Origin: an uncultured delta proteobacterium
GTDB lineage: Bacteria > Desulfobacterota > Binatia > UBA9968
NCBI GenBank assembly: GCA_963816145.1
Contig: CAWFJP010000014.1
Coordinates: 320,001-384,000 of the forward strand
Length of the DNA stretch: 64,000 nt
Direction: 5' to 3'
The notes under the pieces: model-generated
Databases searched by the model: none
What the model saw: the letters and a program-made list of their open reading frames with translations, nothing else
Told to the model about the DNA's origin: nothing
Shown here: in pieces, positions 10,272 through 19,845 of the stretch
How the letters are laid out: each line of letters starts with the position of its first letter
Position numbering within the stretch: the stretch's first letter is position 1
Position numbers and translations under genes: made by a program

Positions 10272-11450
10272 ATGATACGAGCCGGTGTCGGACAATCGAT
10301 TAACCCCTCTACTGCACACGCTGTCAGTGAGGCGGCCGAGCAAGCGATGAAGCAGGCCGGCATCGGCCGAGCCGATGGCGGTGTGATTTTCTTCACTGCG
10401 GATCACGCAGGACATGGCCAGGAGCTTGTGAACACCCTGGCGCGGGTAATCGGCACCGACTGCGTCACCGGGGCGAGCGGCGCGGGAGTCTTGACCGGCG
10501 CCGGCGAAATCGAAGGCGACCATGGCCTTGCCGTGATGGTCTTTGCCACCGATCGATTTTTTGCCCGGCCGTTTCTCTTCGAACCGCTGCGCGACAATGA
10601 GGCCAACCTAGGCGAAACCTTCGGCGGTTTCCTGGCCAAGGCCCAAGATGAAAAGTCGCTCATGCTGCTGTTCCCCGACACCTACAACGGCAACGCGCAA
10701 GCTCTCTTGCAGGCGATCGAAGCGCGCGCGGGTTTTCATCCGATCGCCGGCGCTGGCGCATCGGAGAACGGCGTTGCCGGGGCGACCTATCAGCTGTGCG
10801 GCGACAAGCTCGCTACCAATGCGCTGGCCGGCATGTACGTATCCGGCGCTCTCGACACGCATATTGACATTACCCAGGGCTGCCAGCCGATTACCGAGCC
10901 GATGACGATCACCAAAGCGGAAAACAATTTGATCCATGAGATCGACCACCAGCCTGCGTTGGAAGTCTTTGCCAAGCTCCTCAAGGGGCCGCTGGCGGAA
11001 GATCTGCGGCGCGCGCTAACGGTCTTGTTCGTTGGCCTGCCGGCGGATCGCAGCGAGAATAGCGTTGCCGCGGGAAAGTATCTGGTGCGAAATATCATCG
11101 GTTTGGACCCTGAAAAAAACATCGTCGCGGTGGCCGAACGAGTGAGCCAAGGCCAGTCGATGAACTTCGTCCTGCGCGACGGCCAGCGCGCGCGGGACGA
11201 TTTGCAGGAAATGCTCCAGCGCCAGCTCGCGCGCTTGAACGGTAAAAAGCCGGCATTAGGTTTTTACTTCAATTGCTGCGCCCGCGGCAGCTCGCTCTAC
11301 GGCATCCCCGGCATCGACGCCGCTTACATCAAGCAGGTACTGGGCGATTTTCCATTAATCGGCATGTTCGGCGGCTACGAGCTCGCGCCGCTCGGGCGGG
11401 CCAATCATTTGTTCGCTTACACCGGGGTGTTGGTTTTGGTTACTGAATAA
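10272..11450 (+). CDS. FIST N/C-domain sensory protein
   Basis: TQGCQPI.EPMTIT, VRNIIGLD, FNCCARGSSLYG, IGMFGGYELAP. Confidence 0.85.
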   Translation: MIRAGVGQSINPSTAHAVSEAAEQAMKQAGIGRADGGVIFFTADHAGHGQELVNTLARVIGTDCVTGASGAGVLTGAGEIEGDHGLAVMVFATDRFFARPFLFEPLRDNEANLGETFGGFLAKAQDEKSLMLLFPDTYNGNAQALLQAIEARAGFHPIAGAGASENGVAGATYQLCGDKLATNALAGMYVSGALDTHIDITQGCQPITEPMTITKAENNLIHEIDHQPALEVFAKLLKGPLAEDLRRALTVLFVGLPADRSENSVAAGKYLVRNIIGLDPEKNIVAVAERVSQGQSMNFVLRDGQRARDDLQEMLQRQLARLNGKKPALGFYFNCCARGSSLYGIPGIDAAYIKQVLGDFPLIGMFGGYELAPLGRANHLFAYTGVLVLVTE

Positions 11451-11470
11451 CCCTCGGCGCCGTAACTCTA

Positions 11471-11578
11471 ATTTTGGATTTTAGATTTTCGATTTTGGAT
11501 TGCCGGAATAGGACCAAAATCTCCTGACAGGCGGTCTTGTTCCTCGAATCTAAAATCCAAAATCAAAAATCCAAAATC
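11471..11578. repeat. Inverted heptamer arrays (ATTTTGG / CCAAAAT)
   Basis: attttggattttagattttcgattttggatt ... aatctaaaatccaaaatcaaaaatccaaaat between convergent genes. Confidence 0.75.
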
Positions 11579-11603
11579 GGGGAGTGGGGTGGAGCTGGGC
11601 GGT

Positions 11604-13430
11604 CTAACGTCCGACGCGTTTTTTCTTATTGTTGAGATAGTCGACCATGATGTAGTTGCCCATCTGATCGGGGGTGGTGTAGAAGACCCGGCCGATATTG
11701 AGGCGCGATAGCTGGTCGACGAAGCCCTGGCGGTAGTAATCAGCGCCGAGCATGAAGGTATTGATCTTGATACCGCTCTGGGTGCAGCGTTTCACCTCTT
11801 TTAACGTCTCGTGGACGATCCGGCCATGGAGCATGGCCGAACCCCAGCCGCTATGCAGCCGGCCGCCGCGATCGAGGCTCGCCGCGGTCGGCTCGCCGTC
11901 GGTGATTAAAATGATCTGCCGATTGGCGCTGCGGTTCGAGCCCAAAAGCTGGCGCGCATAGCGTAGGGCCTCCTTAATATCCGTGCCATGTTCCATGAAA
12001 TAGGTGAGGGAGACAATGGACGGCAGATCCTCGGCTTGAATCAACTTGGCATTGGAACGAAACGCGACCAAGTGAAGCGTGTCCTGAGGATATTTCGTCT
12101 GGATCAACCGGTGCAGCGCCAGCGCAACTTTTTTGCCGGCGTGCAGCGCGTCGTTCATCAGCATCGAGTAGCTGACGTCGATGAGCAGGGCGGTTTCGCT
12201 TGTCGTGGAATACTCGACGCGGTTGACCGAGAAGTCCTCGGGATGGATTTTTAACGGATCGCCGGGTTTGCGCTTTTCCAGCGAGTTCAAAATGGTCTCG
12301 CTAATATTGACGTTCATCGGGTCGCCAAACTCGTAGGGCTTGGTCTCTTCCATGCGCTCGCCTTGGGAGCCGCGCAGCGAGGTGTTGTGGTTTCCCCAGC
12401 GCCCCTTGTTGAGCATCTGGAAGATTTCCCGCAGCGCTTTGTCGCCGATCTTGCGCATGCCCTTGGGTGTGAGCCGCAGGCCATGGCTGCCGCGCAGGAT
12501 GTAGCCTTCCTCTTCGAGCATCTGCTCGACATTCTGCAAATATTTGAGATTTTCGTAGGCTTCTTCACCAAGCAATTCGCGCAACTCGTCGAGATTCAAA
12601 TCCGACGGATCGCCCATGCCGCGCTGGCCCCAGCGGAGAAAGCGTTCCAAGCCGCGCAGCTGGCTCAAGACCTGTCCGGCCTCGCCCATGCCCATGCGCT
12701 GGGAACCTTGGAACGGGAACTGGTTCATCAACTGTTCCAACTGCTGCATCTGATTCATCATGTCACTCATCTGCTGCAGCTGCTCCTCGGTCATGTTGCC
12801 CATGTTTTCCAACATGCTTTCGAGGTTGTTGATGGCGTTGTCCATCATGCTCGGCAAATTCTTAAGAAAGTTCTCGTCGTTCAACAGCTGGCTCATGCGG
12901 TCGAGCATGTCCATTAGCGACTGCGGGTTTTGCTGGCCGTTCATATTGGACTGGCCCTGCATGCCGCGTTCTTGGATCTGCTGCTTCAATCGTTGCTGCA
13001 GCTCTTGGTAGCGCTGGTAAGCCTCCTGCATTTTTTGGCTGAGTTCGTCCATGCGGTCGGCGAACTTGCCCGACATGCGCTCCATGAAGTTGCGCATCTG
13101 CTCGTTGTAGGCTTCCATCTTCTCAGCCAGATTGCTGAGCTTTTCGCTGAGCTTTTGCTGCTCTTCGGGGGTCAGCTTGAACGAGTCGGGAGAGTATTTG
13201 TTGAGCAGCTCGCGGCGCTTTTCGTCGGCTTGGCGGAGAAAGTCGCGCAGCCCTTTAACCGAGCGCTGGCCGTCTTCAGAGGTAAAGCCCCGGCGCATCA
13301 TGTCGCGCAAAGCGCGGCGCACGCCTTCTTCCTCTAACAGATGGTCGGAGAGCTGATTGATGATATCGTCGGTCGTGGGAAAGAGAATTTCCTGCGTGCC
13401 ATCCCACTGGGTGTAACGATGGATTCTCAT
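11604..13430 (-). CDS. VWA-domain protein with Q/M/N-rich coiled-coil segment
   Basis: RYTQWDGTQ N-terminus, LTPKGMRKIG, ETKPYEFGD, MIDAS motif DVSYSM ... T ... ITDGEPT. Confidence 0.85.
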   Translation of the reverse strand: MRIHRYTQWDGTQEILFPTTDDIINQLSDHLLEEEGVRRALRDMMRRGFTSEDGQRSVKGLRDFLRQADEKRRELLNKYSPDSFKLTPEEQQKLSEKLSNLAEKMEAYNEQMRNFMERMSGKFADRMDELSQKMQEAYQRYQELQQRLKQQIQERGMQGQSNMNGQQNPQSLMDMLDRMSQLLNDENFLKNLPSMMDNAINNLESMLENMGNMTEEQLQQMSDMMNQMQQLEQLMNQFPFQGSQRMGMGEAGQVLSQLRGLERFLRWGQRGMGDPSDLNLDELRELLGEEAYENLKYLQNVEQMLEEEGYILRGSHGLRLTPKGMRKIGDKALREIFQMLNKGRWGNHNTSLRGSQGERMEETKPYEFGDPMNVNISETILNSLEKRKPGDPLKIHPEDFSVNRVEYSTTSETALLIDVSYSMLMNDALHAGKKVALALHRLIQTKYPQDTLHLVAFRSNAKLIQAEDLPSIVSLTYFMEHGTDIKEALRYARQLLGSNRSANRQIILITDGEPTAASLDRGGRLHSGWGSAMLHGRIVHETLKEVKRCTQSGIKINTFMLGADYYRQGFVDQLSRLNIGRVFYTTPDQMGNYIMVDYLNNKKKRVGR

Positions 13431-13579
13431 TTGCGTTGAACTATAGCGCAGTTCCGGCGGGTTTCAAACCCAAAATTGGCCTACTGCCGCGGCCCGCCTT
13501 AAACCGGCAAAAACTCTTGCCGGCCCCCTTTGGAAATGGCGGCGACTTCGTATAGAAAATAGAGGGATTAACGTTTGCC

Positions 13580-14701
13580 ATGCAGAATTTCGCTTATGTC
13601 ATCGTCGGCGCCGGATTCGCCGGAGCCGCAACCGCCTATCACCTGGCCCGCCGCGGTATCGGAGACGTGTTGGTCTTGGAACAAGAAAGTATCCCAGGAT
13701 TTCATGCTTCAGGCCGCAATGCCGCAATGCTGCGCCAGTGTGTCGCCGAACCCGACTTGACCAAGCTGGCGCTCGATGGCGCGGCATTTATTCGAAACCT
13801 GCCGAAGGATTGGCCGGAGCCGGTGTTATTCAAGAACAACGGCTCGCTATTGCTCGGCAGCGGCGCCGGCTGGGAGAAGCTCAAGCGCGACGGCGACATC
13901 GGCCGCAGCGTCGGCATCCCCGGCATCGCCGAGTGGTCGCCGCAAGAAGCGGTTCGCCATGTGCCGCTGCTCAAGGAAGCGGAGTTCGACGGTGCGTTAT
14001 GGTGCGCCAGCGATGGCGTTGTCGACATTCATGCGCTCTTGTCCGGTTATCTAAAGTTCGCCGCCAGCCGGGGGGCGCAGATTCGCTACAATGCGGTGCT
14101 GCGTGCGGTGCGTCGCAGACCGGGCGCGGATATCGAATTGGAAACCGCCGATGGGGTCGTGAGTTGCAAGGTCTTGGTCAATGCCGGCGGCGCTTGGGCA
14201 AATGTCGTTGCTGATTTGGCCGGCGCGCGCGCTCTGCCATTGCGCGCATGCCGGCGCCATCTGTTCGTTTCGCCGCCACTGGCCTGGGTCGATCGCCGCT
14301 GGCCGTTTGTCTGGGATGTCAGCCACGATATCTATTTTCGCCCAGAAGGCGAGGGGCTTTTGCTCTGCGCTTGCGACCAAACTGAACTCGCGCCTGGCGA
14401 TCCGCCGTTGGACGAAGGTGTCAAAGACATGCTCGCCGATAAGATCCAGCGCTACATGCCGGGGCTGTCGGAAGTTTCCATCAGCCGGGGCTGGGCGGGG
14501 TTGCGCACTCTGACGCCGGACGGGCGTTTCGTCATCGGTTGGGACGCGCGAGTGGCGGGTTTGTTTTGGGTCGCCGGACTTGGCGGTCATGGCATGACGA
14601 CCAGCGCGGCGGTGGGCGAGTTGGCGGCGGAACTGCTGATCGGCGGGCCGGGCCGGAAGTCGGAGCCGTTCGCGCCGGAACGGTTCGATGCATTGGGGTA
14701 A
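13580..14701 (+). CDS. FAD-dependent oxidoreductase (DAO/glycine oxidase family)
   Basis: IVGAGFAG, ASGRNAA, WAGLRTLTPDG, GLGGHGM. Confidence 0.88.
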   Translation: MQNFAYVIVGAGFAGAATAYHLARRGIGDVLVLEQESIPGFHASGRNAAMLRQCVAEPDLTKLALDGAAFIRNLPKDWPEPVLFKNNGSLLLGSGAGWEKLKRDGDIGRSVGIPGIAEWSPQEAVRHVPLLKEAEFDGALWCASDGVVDIHALLSGYLKFAASRGAQIRYNAVLRAVRRRPGADIELETADGVVSCKVLVNAGGAWANVVADLAGARALPLRACRRHLFVSPPLAWVDRRWPFVWDVSHDIYFRPEGEGLLLCACDQTELAPGDPPLDEGVKDMLADKIQRYMPGLSEVSISRGWAGLRTLTPDGRFVIGWDARVAGLFWVAGLGGHGMTTSAAVGELAAELLIGGPGRKSEPFAPERFDALG

Positions 14702-14713
14702 TGGAGTGTTGGA

Positions 14714-15664
14714 GTGATGGGGTACCGGGAAAGCAAAGTTCAGTGTTTGGCAGTGATGATTGTAATTCTGTGTATTGTCGGCACGAGTTGGGGGGCGCAA
14801 CCTACCAAGGTGCGCATGTCCTACTCGAGCCGGAGCAATTCCAACACGCCTTTCGTCATCGCCTTGCGCAAGGGATTCTTTGCCGAGGAGGGAATGGACG
14901 TGGAGATGATCCAAGTCAATCCGCGCCTCGGCGCAACCGCGCTGCTCAACGGCGATATCGATTTTACCGCCACCTTCGGCACCACCTTGCGCGGCATCGT
15001 CGGCGGTTTTCCGATCAAGTTCGTCGCGGTGTCGGTCAAGAAGTCCGAACACTTTTTGATCGTCAGGCCGGAGATCAAGGAGATTCGCGATCTCAACGGC
15101 AAGAAATTAGGCGTCGCGACGCTGTTCGGTTCGGATCAAAAAGCCGCCGAAGAGATGATCCGCAGCAAAGGCTTTTCGCCGAATATGATCAAGCCAATCG
15201 CGCTCGGCGAATCGCCGGTGCGGGCGCAGGCGCTGCGCTCGGGTCTGGTCGATGCCATCTCGGTCTCCTCGCCGTTCGATCTGACCCTGCAAACCGAGGG
15301 CTTCCGCGCCTTGGCCGGGCCAAAAGATATCGACATGGCGCTGCCGACCTCCGGCATCGCCGTTGCCACCCGCTTGCTGCAGCAGAATCCGCAACATATC
15401 AAACGAGTGGTGCGTGCGTTGATGAAAGCGCACCGATTTGTTTTCGAAAATCGCAAAGAAACGGTGCCGCAAATGATCCGTTACCTGGAACAGAGTCCTG
15501 AGGTAGCCGAACGGTCCTACGATCTCGTCGTTAATTCGCTCAGCCGCAACGGTGAAATCACCGATCAAGAGTGGGAAGCGCTGACCGAGAAAAAGAAGAC
15601 GGCGGACGAAGTGCGTGACTTCACGCTGCTGCGCGAAGTGCAGAAGGAATTGAAGATTCGCTGA
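14714..15664 (+). CDS. ABC substrate-binding protein (NMT1/TauA/SsuA-like)
   Basis: Signal peptide; KGFFAEEGMDVEMI, DLNGKKLGV; start uncertain. Confidence 0.82.
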   Translation: MMGYRESKVQCLAVMIVILCIVGTSWGAQPTKVRMSYSSRSNSNTPFVIALRKGFFAEEGMDVEMIQVNPRLGATALLNGDIDFTATFGTTLRGIVGGFPIKFVAVSVKKSEHFLIVRPEIKEIRDLNGKKLGVATLFGSDQKAAEEMIRSKGFSPNMIKPIALGESPVRAQALRSGLVDAISVSSPFDLTLQTEGFRALAGPKDIDMALPTSGIAVATRLLQQNPQHIKRVVRALMKAHRFVFENRKETVPQMIRYLEQSPEVAERSYDLVVNSLSRNGEITDQEWEALTEKKKTADEVRDFTLLREVQKELKIR

Positions 15665-15741
15665 AGCATGTCGAATGCATGCTCTCTCGACTTGACGTCG
15701 ATCACGAGTATGCGGGACTCCACCGTTCCCGCCCCGCCTCA

Positions 15742-15770
15742 CCTGGATACCGGCTTTCGCCGGTATGACG
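15742..15770. repeat. Half copy of CGTC-type palindromic repeat
   Basis: cctggataccggctttcgccggtatgacg; matches the right arm of the 57916-57992 element. Confidence 0.65.
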
Positions 15771-15842
15771 GATGGTCGGTCCGCCTAATGCGAAATTGGA
15801 GAGTCTCAGTATAATGGGCGCAAACTTACTGCGAGGTGCCGC

Positions 15843-16622
15843 ATGAAAATCCAAGTTGAACGAGGCAAGAAATATTCGGCGCAGGATGCCAAGGCGATCG
15901 TCGATGGCCTGTATGCCAAGGTCCGCGAGCGTTGGGAGGCGCGGGTCAATCAGCGGCCGTTCATGCAGCAATTGATGGCCGGCAAGCTGCCGCTCAAAAC
16001 CTTGCAGCTGTTTTTTCGCAACTGGGGCGCCTACACCATCGAGATCAACACGCTGACCGCCTGCACTTACCATCGCAACATTACTTTTCTCAAAGTGAAC
16101 CGCGATCTGATGGGGCCCATCGGCGAGAAGATCGCCGACGAATTCATTCATCCCAAGCCGCCGGGCCATTTTCTCGTCATGATGGAAACGGCGAAAGCAT
16201 TGGGTCTCAGCGAAGAGGAAGTCTTTACCTCATCAATGCTGTCGGAGTTCCGCGGCAAGATCGATTTCATGCGCACCATCGTCTACGAGGGATCGGCGGC
16301 GGAGTGGTACGCAGCGGTGACCACTGAAGAACAGATCGGCCACTGGTCAGCGGCCTGTTACAAAGCTTTGACTACCCACTACGGCTTCGATCGCGCCAAG
16401 GCGACCTATTTCGCCACCCATGTCGAAGCGGACTTGGAAGAGCATGAAGACGGTGTCATGGGCCACGCCAGTTTCAACCGCATGGCGCTGCAGCGGTTGC
16501 TCGAAACCGGCATGGCCGAAGAGCGGCCGACCTACGGCTTGGATTATTGCGCCATGACTTCCGTGGACTTGCACGGCGCCATGCTGCGGGCGGCCATGGA
16601 AGAGGCGGAGCGGGGGATCTGA
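15843..16622 (+). CDS. Heme-oxygenase-like diiron protein (CADD/PqqC/TenA fold), copy 1
   Basis: PFMQQLMAGKLP N-terminus; E-x8-H (DEFIHPKPPGH), TTEE, HVEAD..H; ALGLSEEEV. Confidence 0.75.
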   Translation: MKIQVERGKKYSAQDAKAIVDGLYAKVRERWEARVNQRPFMQQLMAGKLPLKTLQLFFRNWGAYTIEINTLTACTYHRNITFLKVNRDLMGPIGEKIADEFIHPKPPGHFLVMMETAKALGLSEEEVFTSSMLSEFRGKIDFMRTIVYEGSAAEWYAAVTTEEQIGHWSAACYKALTTHYGFDRAKATYFATHVEADLEEHEDGVMGHASFNRMALQRLLETGMAEERPTYGLDYCAMTSVDLHGAMLRAAMEEAERGI

Positions 16623-16642
16623 AAATTTAACCACAAAGGTCG

Positions 16643-16720
16643 CCCCCACCTTCATCCTCCCCCGTGTGCGGGGGAGGAAGAGGAGGGGGGATTGGCCGCA
16701 AAGAGCGCAAAAGGCGCAAA
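16643..16720 (+). repeat. About 80-bp REP-like element, copy 1
   Basis: ccccaccttcatcctcccccg-tgtg-cgggggaggaagaggagggggg-attggccgcaaaga; near-identical to 21422-21502. Confidence 0.8.
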
Positions 16721-16738
16721 AAAGATTCGGAGGATTTT

Positions 16739-17662
16739 ATGAAAGAAGTTAGGGGCGTAGTTCTGCCGAGCCCGACGGTGTTTCGCGCGGATGGCAGCGT
16801 CGATGAGCCGCTCATGCGCGAGCTGACCGACTGGTTTGTCGCCTGCGGGGTGCATGCTTTTTTTATTCTGGGATCCTACGGCCAGGGGGCGGCACTGAAT
16901 CCGGAGGAGCGCAAGAAGGTCGCCGAGATTATTGTCCAGCAAGTGAAGCATCGGGTGCCGGTGGTGGTGCATATCGGCGCTGTGGATCCCTACACCGCCA
17001 TCGATTTAGGCAAGCATGCCAAGGCGATCGGCGCCGAAGCGATCGGCCATGTCGGGCCTTACTATTACGCCGACCGCTCGGAATACGAGATCATCGAGCA
17101 TTTGAAAATGGTCGACCGCGCGGTCGGCATGCCCATGCTCATCTATAACAACCCGCGCTATTCCGGTTATAACATCCATCCGCAATTCATGGCGCGTTTG
17201 GTGGAAGCGGTGCCGAATATCTTCGGCGCCAAGCTGGCGATGGGCAGCGTCGATGAAGCGATGGCCTATCTGAAGCTGGTCAAGGCGCGGTTCGCGCCCT
17301 ACGCGCTGGCGAGCAATTTGGTTTCGGCCATGTCGGTGGGTGTCGCCGGCACCATCAGCCCGCCGCTGGCGGTGACCCCGGAGATCGGCGTCGAGCTGGT
17401 CCGCGCCATCGATGCCGGCGACGCGGCGCGCGCCTTGGCGCTGCAAAAAGATGTGATTCGCATTCACGATATTTTTCTGCGTCTCGCCGGTCCCTTCGGC
17501 CGGACCATCTATTGCGAAGCGATGCGGCTGCGCGGCTTCGATGTGAAAATGTATCCGCGCTGGCCGTCCAAACCGCTGAGCCGGGACGCTTACGATGAGC
17601 TGCGCGACCTTTTCACCGAACTAAAAATCATCGGCGCGCAAGCCCAAGCAAGGAGCGCATAG
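16739..17662 (+). CDS. Dihydrodipicolinate synthase/class I aldolase family protein
   Basis: DGSVDE, LGSYGQG, IYNNPRYSG, Schiff-base Lys in GAKLA; GGAGG RBS. Confidence 0.85.
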   Translation: MKEVRGVVLPSPTVFRADGSVDEPLMRELTDWFVACGVHAFFILGSYGQGAALNPEERKKVAEIIVQQVKHRVPVVVHIGAVDPYTAIDLGKHAKAIGAEAIGHVGPYYYADRSEYEIIEHLKMVDRAVGMPMLIYNNPRYSGYNIHPQFMARLVEAVPNIFGAKLAMGSVDEAMAYLKLVKARFAPYALASNLVSAMSVGVAGTISPPLAVTPEIGVELVRAIDAGDAARALALQKDVIRIHDIFLRLAGPFGRTIYCEAMRLRGFDVKMYPRWPSKPLSRDAYDELRDLFTELKIIGAQAQARSA

Positions 17663-17667
17663 AACGG

Positions 17668-18612
17668 ATGACTATGAAGCGTTTTTTTCCAATTGTCGCA
17701 ATTTTCGGTTTGGTTTCGCTTATGGTTTCCGCCGCGCGCGGCGAGGAGCAGGTGCGGGTCGCGTTGTCGGTGCGCAACGTGGTGTTTCTGCCTTTTTACT
17801 ACGCTAAGACGTTGAAGATTTACGACCGCTACGGCCTTAACGTCGAGTTGATTCAGATGCGCAGCGACTTGCAGTTGGCGGGTTTGGTTTCCGGCGAGAT
17901 CGACTTTACGCCCTCCGTCGGGCCGGCGGGGACGGCCATCGCTAATTCGCTGCCGCTCAAGGCGTTGGCGATTCTTTACCGGGCGCCGTTGTTCTCCTTG
18001 GTCAGCCCGGCGGGCACCGCCAACGTGAAAGAGTTGGAAGGCAAGAAAGTCGCGGTGTCGCGCATCGGTTCGGAGAGCCACCGCTACGGCTCGCTGATGA
18101 TCGAAAGCGCCGGCGCGGACCCGAAGAAGGTGACGTTCATTCAAACCGGCAGCACGTCGATCAGTCTGGCGGCGATTCAGCAGGGGACGGTGAACGCGGC
18201 GGTGTTGAGTCCGCCGTTTACCGGCATGATGGCGGAAAAGGGCTACAAGATTCTTGCGCGCAGCCGGTCGTTGGCGGAGGCACCATGGCTCGGTCTGGTC
18301 GCCAACCGCCAAAAGATCGAGAAGAATCCGGAGCAGGTGCGCAACATGCTGCGCTCCATGCGCGATGTCGTGGCGGTGATGCGCCGGGATCGTGCCGGAG
18401 TGATCAGCTATATCGAGAAGGATTTCAAAGTGAGCACGGCCAATGCCACCGAATCCTACGAGGACATCATGGGCGTGACCATGGATAATTTGACTTTGCG
18501 CGATGAGCAGATTCAAAAGTATCTTGATAATTCGCTGGCGCGCGGCGAGATCGGCAAGCGGCTGACGGTCAACGAGATGTTCGATTTCTCGTTCTTGCGT
18601 AATTTGAAATAG
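17668..18612 (+). CDS. ABC substrate-binding protein (NMT1/TauA-like)
   Basis: Signal peptide; YGLNVELIQM, ELEGKKVAVSRIGS. Confidence 0.82.
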   Translation: MTMKRFFPIVAIFGLVSLMVSAARGEEQVRVALSVRNVVFLPFYYAKTLKIYDRYGLNVELIQMRSDLQLAGLVSGEIDFTPSVGPAGTAIANSLPLKALAILYRAPLFSLVSPAGTANVKELEGKKVAVSRIGSESHRYGSLMIESAGADPKKVTFIQTGSTSISLAAIQQGTVNAAVLSPPFTGMMAEKGYKILARSRSLAEAPWLGLVANRQKIEKNPEQVRNMLRSMRDVVAVMRRDRAGVISYIEKDFKVSTANATESYEDIMGVTMDNLTLRDEQIQKYLDNSLARGEIGKRLTVNEMFDFSFLRNLK

Positions 18613-18645
18613 CTGGGGCGATGAACGCGGCCAAAGGATATTTCC

Positions 18646-19590
18646 ATGTCTGACAAACCAACTCTTTCGCTCGCCGCGGGGTATCATCTGCGCGCCAAGG
18701 CTCTGTGCGATGGCCGCGTGCAGCTCAAGAATTTCGACCTGCGCGCGATCGCTTATGAAAACGACGGCTTGGGCCATGACGAGTTCATGGCCGGCAAATT
18801 CGATGCCGGCGAGTTTTCCCTGGCGATGTATCTTGCGCTCAAAAGCCGCGGCGCGCCGTATATGGCGATCCCGGTGTTTCCCAATCGCAAGTTTCGCCAG
18901 TCTTATATTTTCGTGCCCGATCGCTCGCCGCTGACCGATGCCAAAGAGCTCAAAGGCAAAAAGGTCGGCATTCCCAGCTGGCTCAACACCGCGGGCTTAT
19001 GGGCGCGGGGCATTTTGAGCGACGAGTACGGCGTCAAGCCGGCGGATATTCACTGGGTCATGCCGCGCAACAACAAAGTCGATGTCACGTTGCCGGCGGG
19101 GACCCGGCTCGATGTTGTCGCCAGTGACGCATCCTTGACGGCGCGCATGCTCAAAGGCGAATTCGATGCGATCATTGTGCCGGACTTTCCCGAAGAGCCG
19201 GGTTGGCGCCGACTGTTCGGCGATTCGAAGGCGGTGGAGCAGGACTTCTTCCGGCGCACCGGCATTTTTCCGACCAGCCACGCGATTACCTTTCACGCGG
19301 CCTATCTGGAGAAGCATCCGCTGGCGGCTCAAGAAATGTTCGATGCCTGTGTCGCGGCCAAGAATCTAGCGCTGCGCGATGACGCCGACGCGACCTATTC
19401 CAATTTTGTCTGGAACCGCCAGGTGTGGGAGGAGCAGCGTGCGGTAATGGGTGGCGATCCTTGGAAATTCGGCATCAAGCATAACGAGAAAGTTTTGAAC
19501 ACGATTGTGCGCTACGCCGGGGAGCAAGGGTTTTTGGCGAAGAGTGTTTCGCTCGAAAATTTGTTTATTCGCATCGATGAAAGGGATTGA
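18646..19590 (+). CDS. 4,5-dihydroxyphthalate decarboxylase-like protein (periplasmic-binding fold)
   Basis: LCDGRV, FDAGEFSL, AIPVFPNRKFRQS, TAGLWARGIL, TGIFPTSH, GDPWKFGI; no signal peptide. Confidence 0.75.
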   Translation: MSDKPTLSLAAGYHLRAKALCDGRVQLKNFDLRAIAYENDGLGHDEFMAGKFDAGEFSLAMYLALKSRGAPYMAIPVFPNRKFRQSYIFVPDRSPLTDAKELKGKKVGIPSWLNTAGLWARGILSDEYGVKPADIHWVMPRNNKVDVTLPAGTRLDVVASDASLTARMLKGEFDAIIVPDFPEEPGWRRLFGDSKAVEQDFFRRTGIFPTSHAITFHAAYLEKHPLAAQEMFDACVAAKNLALRDDADATYSNFVWNRQVWEEQRAVMGGDPWKFGIKHNEKVLNTIVRYAGEQGFLAKSVSLENLFIRIDERD

Positions 19591-19634
19591 AAAATCTAAA
19601 GCGGCGCCCCCTTATCCTAGCCTTCTCCCGCGAG

Positions 19635-19764
19635 AGGCTGTGTCGTAATGAGCAAATGCCCCACATTTGTCATCCCGAGCGCAGCGAGGGATCTCGTGTT
19701 TTCAGCCACATACGAAGAAGAGATTTCTCGGCTTCACCTCGAAATGACAGTTGTGACACAGTCT
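19635..19764. mobile_element. 130-bp MITE with imperfect 14-bp TIRs and 5-bp target duplication
   Basis: Ends aggctgtgtcgtaa / ttgtgacacagtct (11 of 14 complementary); GCGAG at 19630-19634 and 19765-19769; excision restores the hairpin ccttctccc-gcgag-gggagaagg. Confidence 0.75.
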
Positions 19765-19845
19765 GCGAGGGGAGAAGGGACGGAATTGAGGGAAGTCGCG
19801 GCCTAACAATAAAGGTTCTGACCCTTAAGCTACAACTATCGACAC

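Noticed and set aside
6459-11578. Short tandem repeats as CRISPR arrays
   Set aside because: Units are 7-9 nt with no unique spacers, and no cas genes are present
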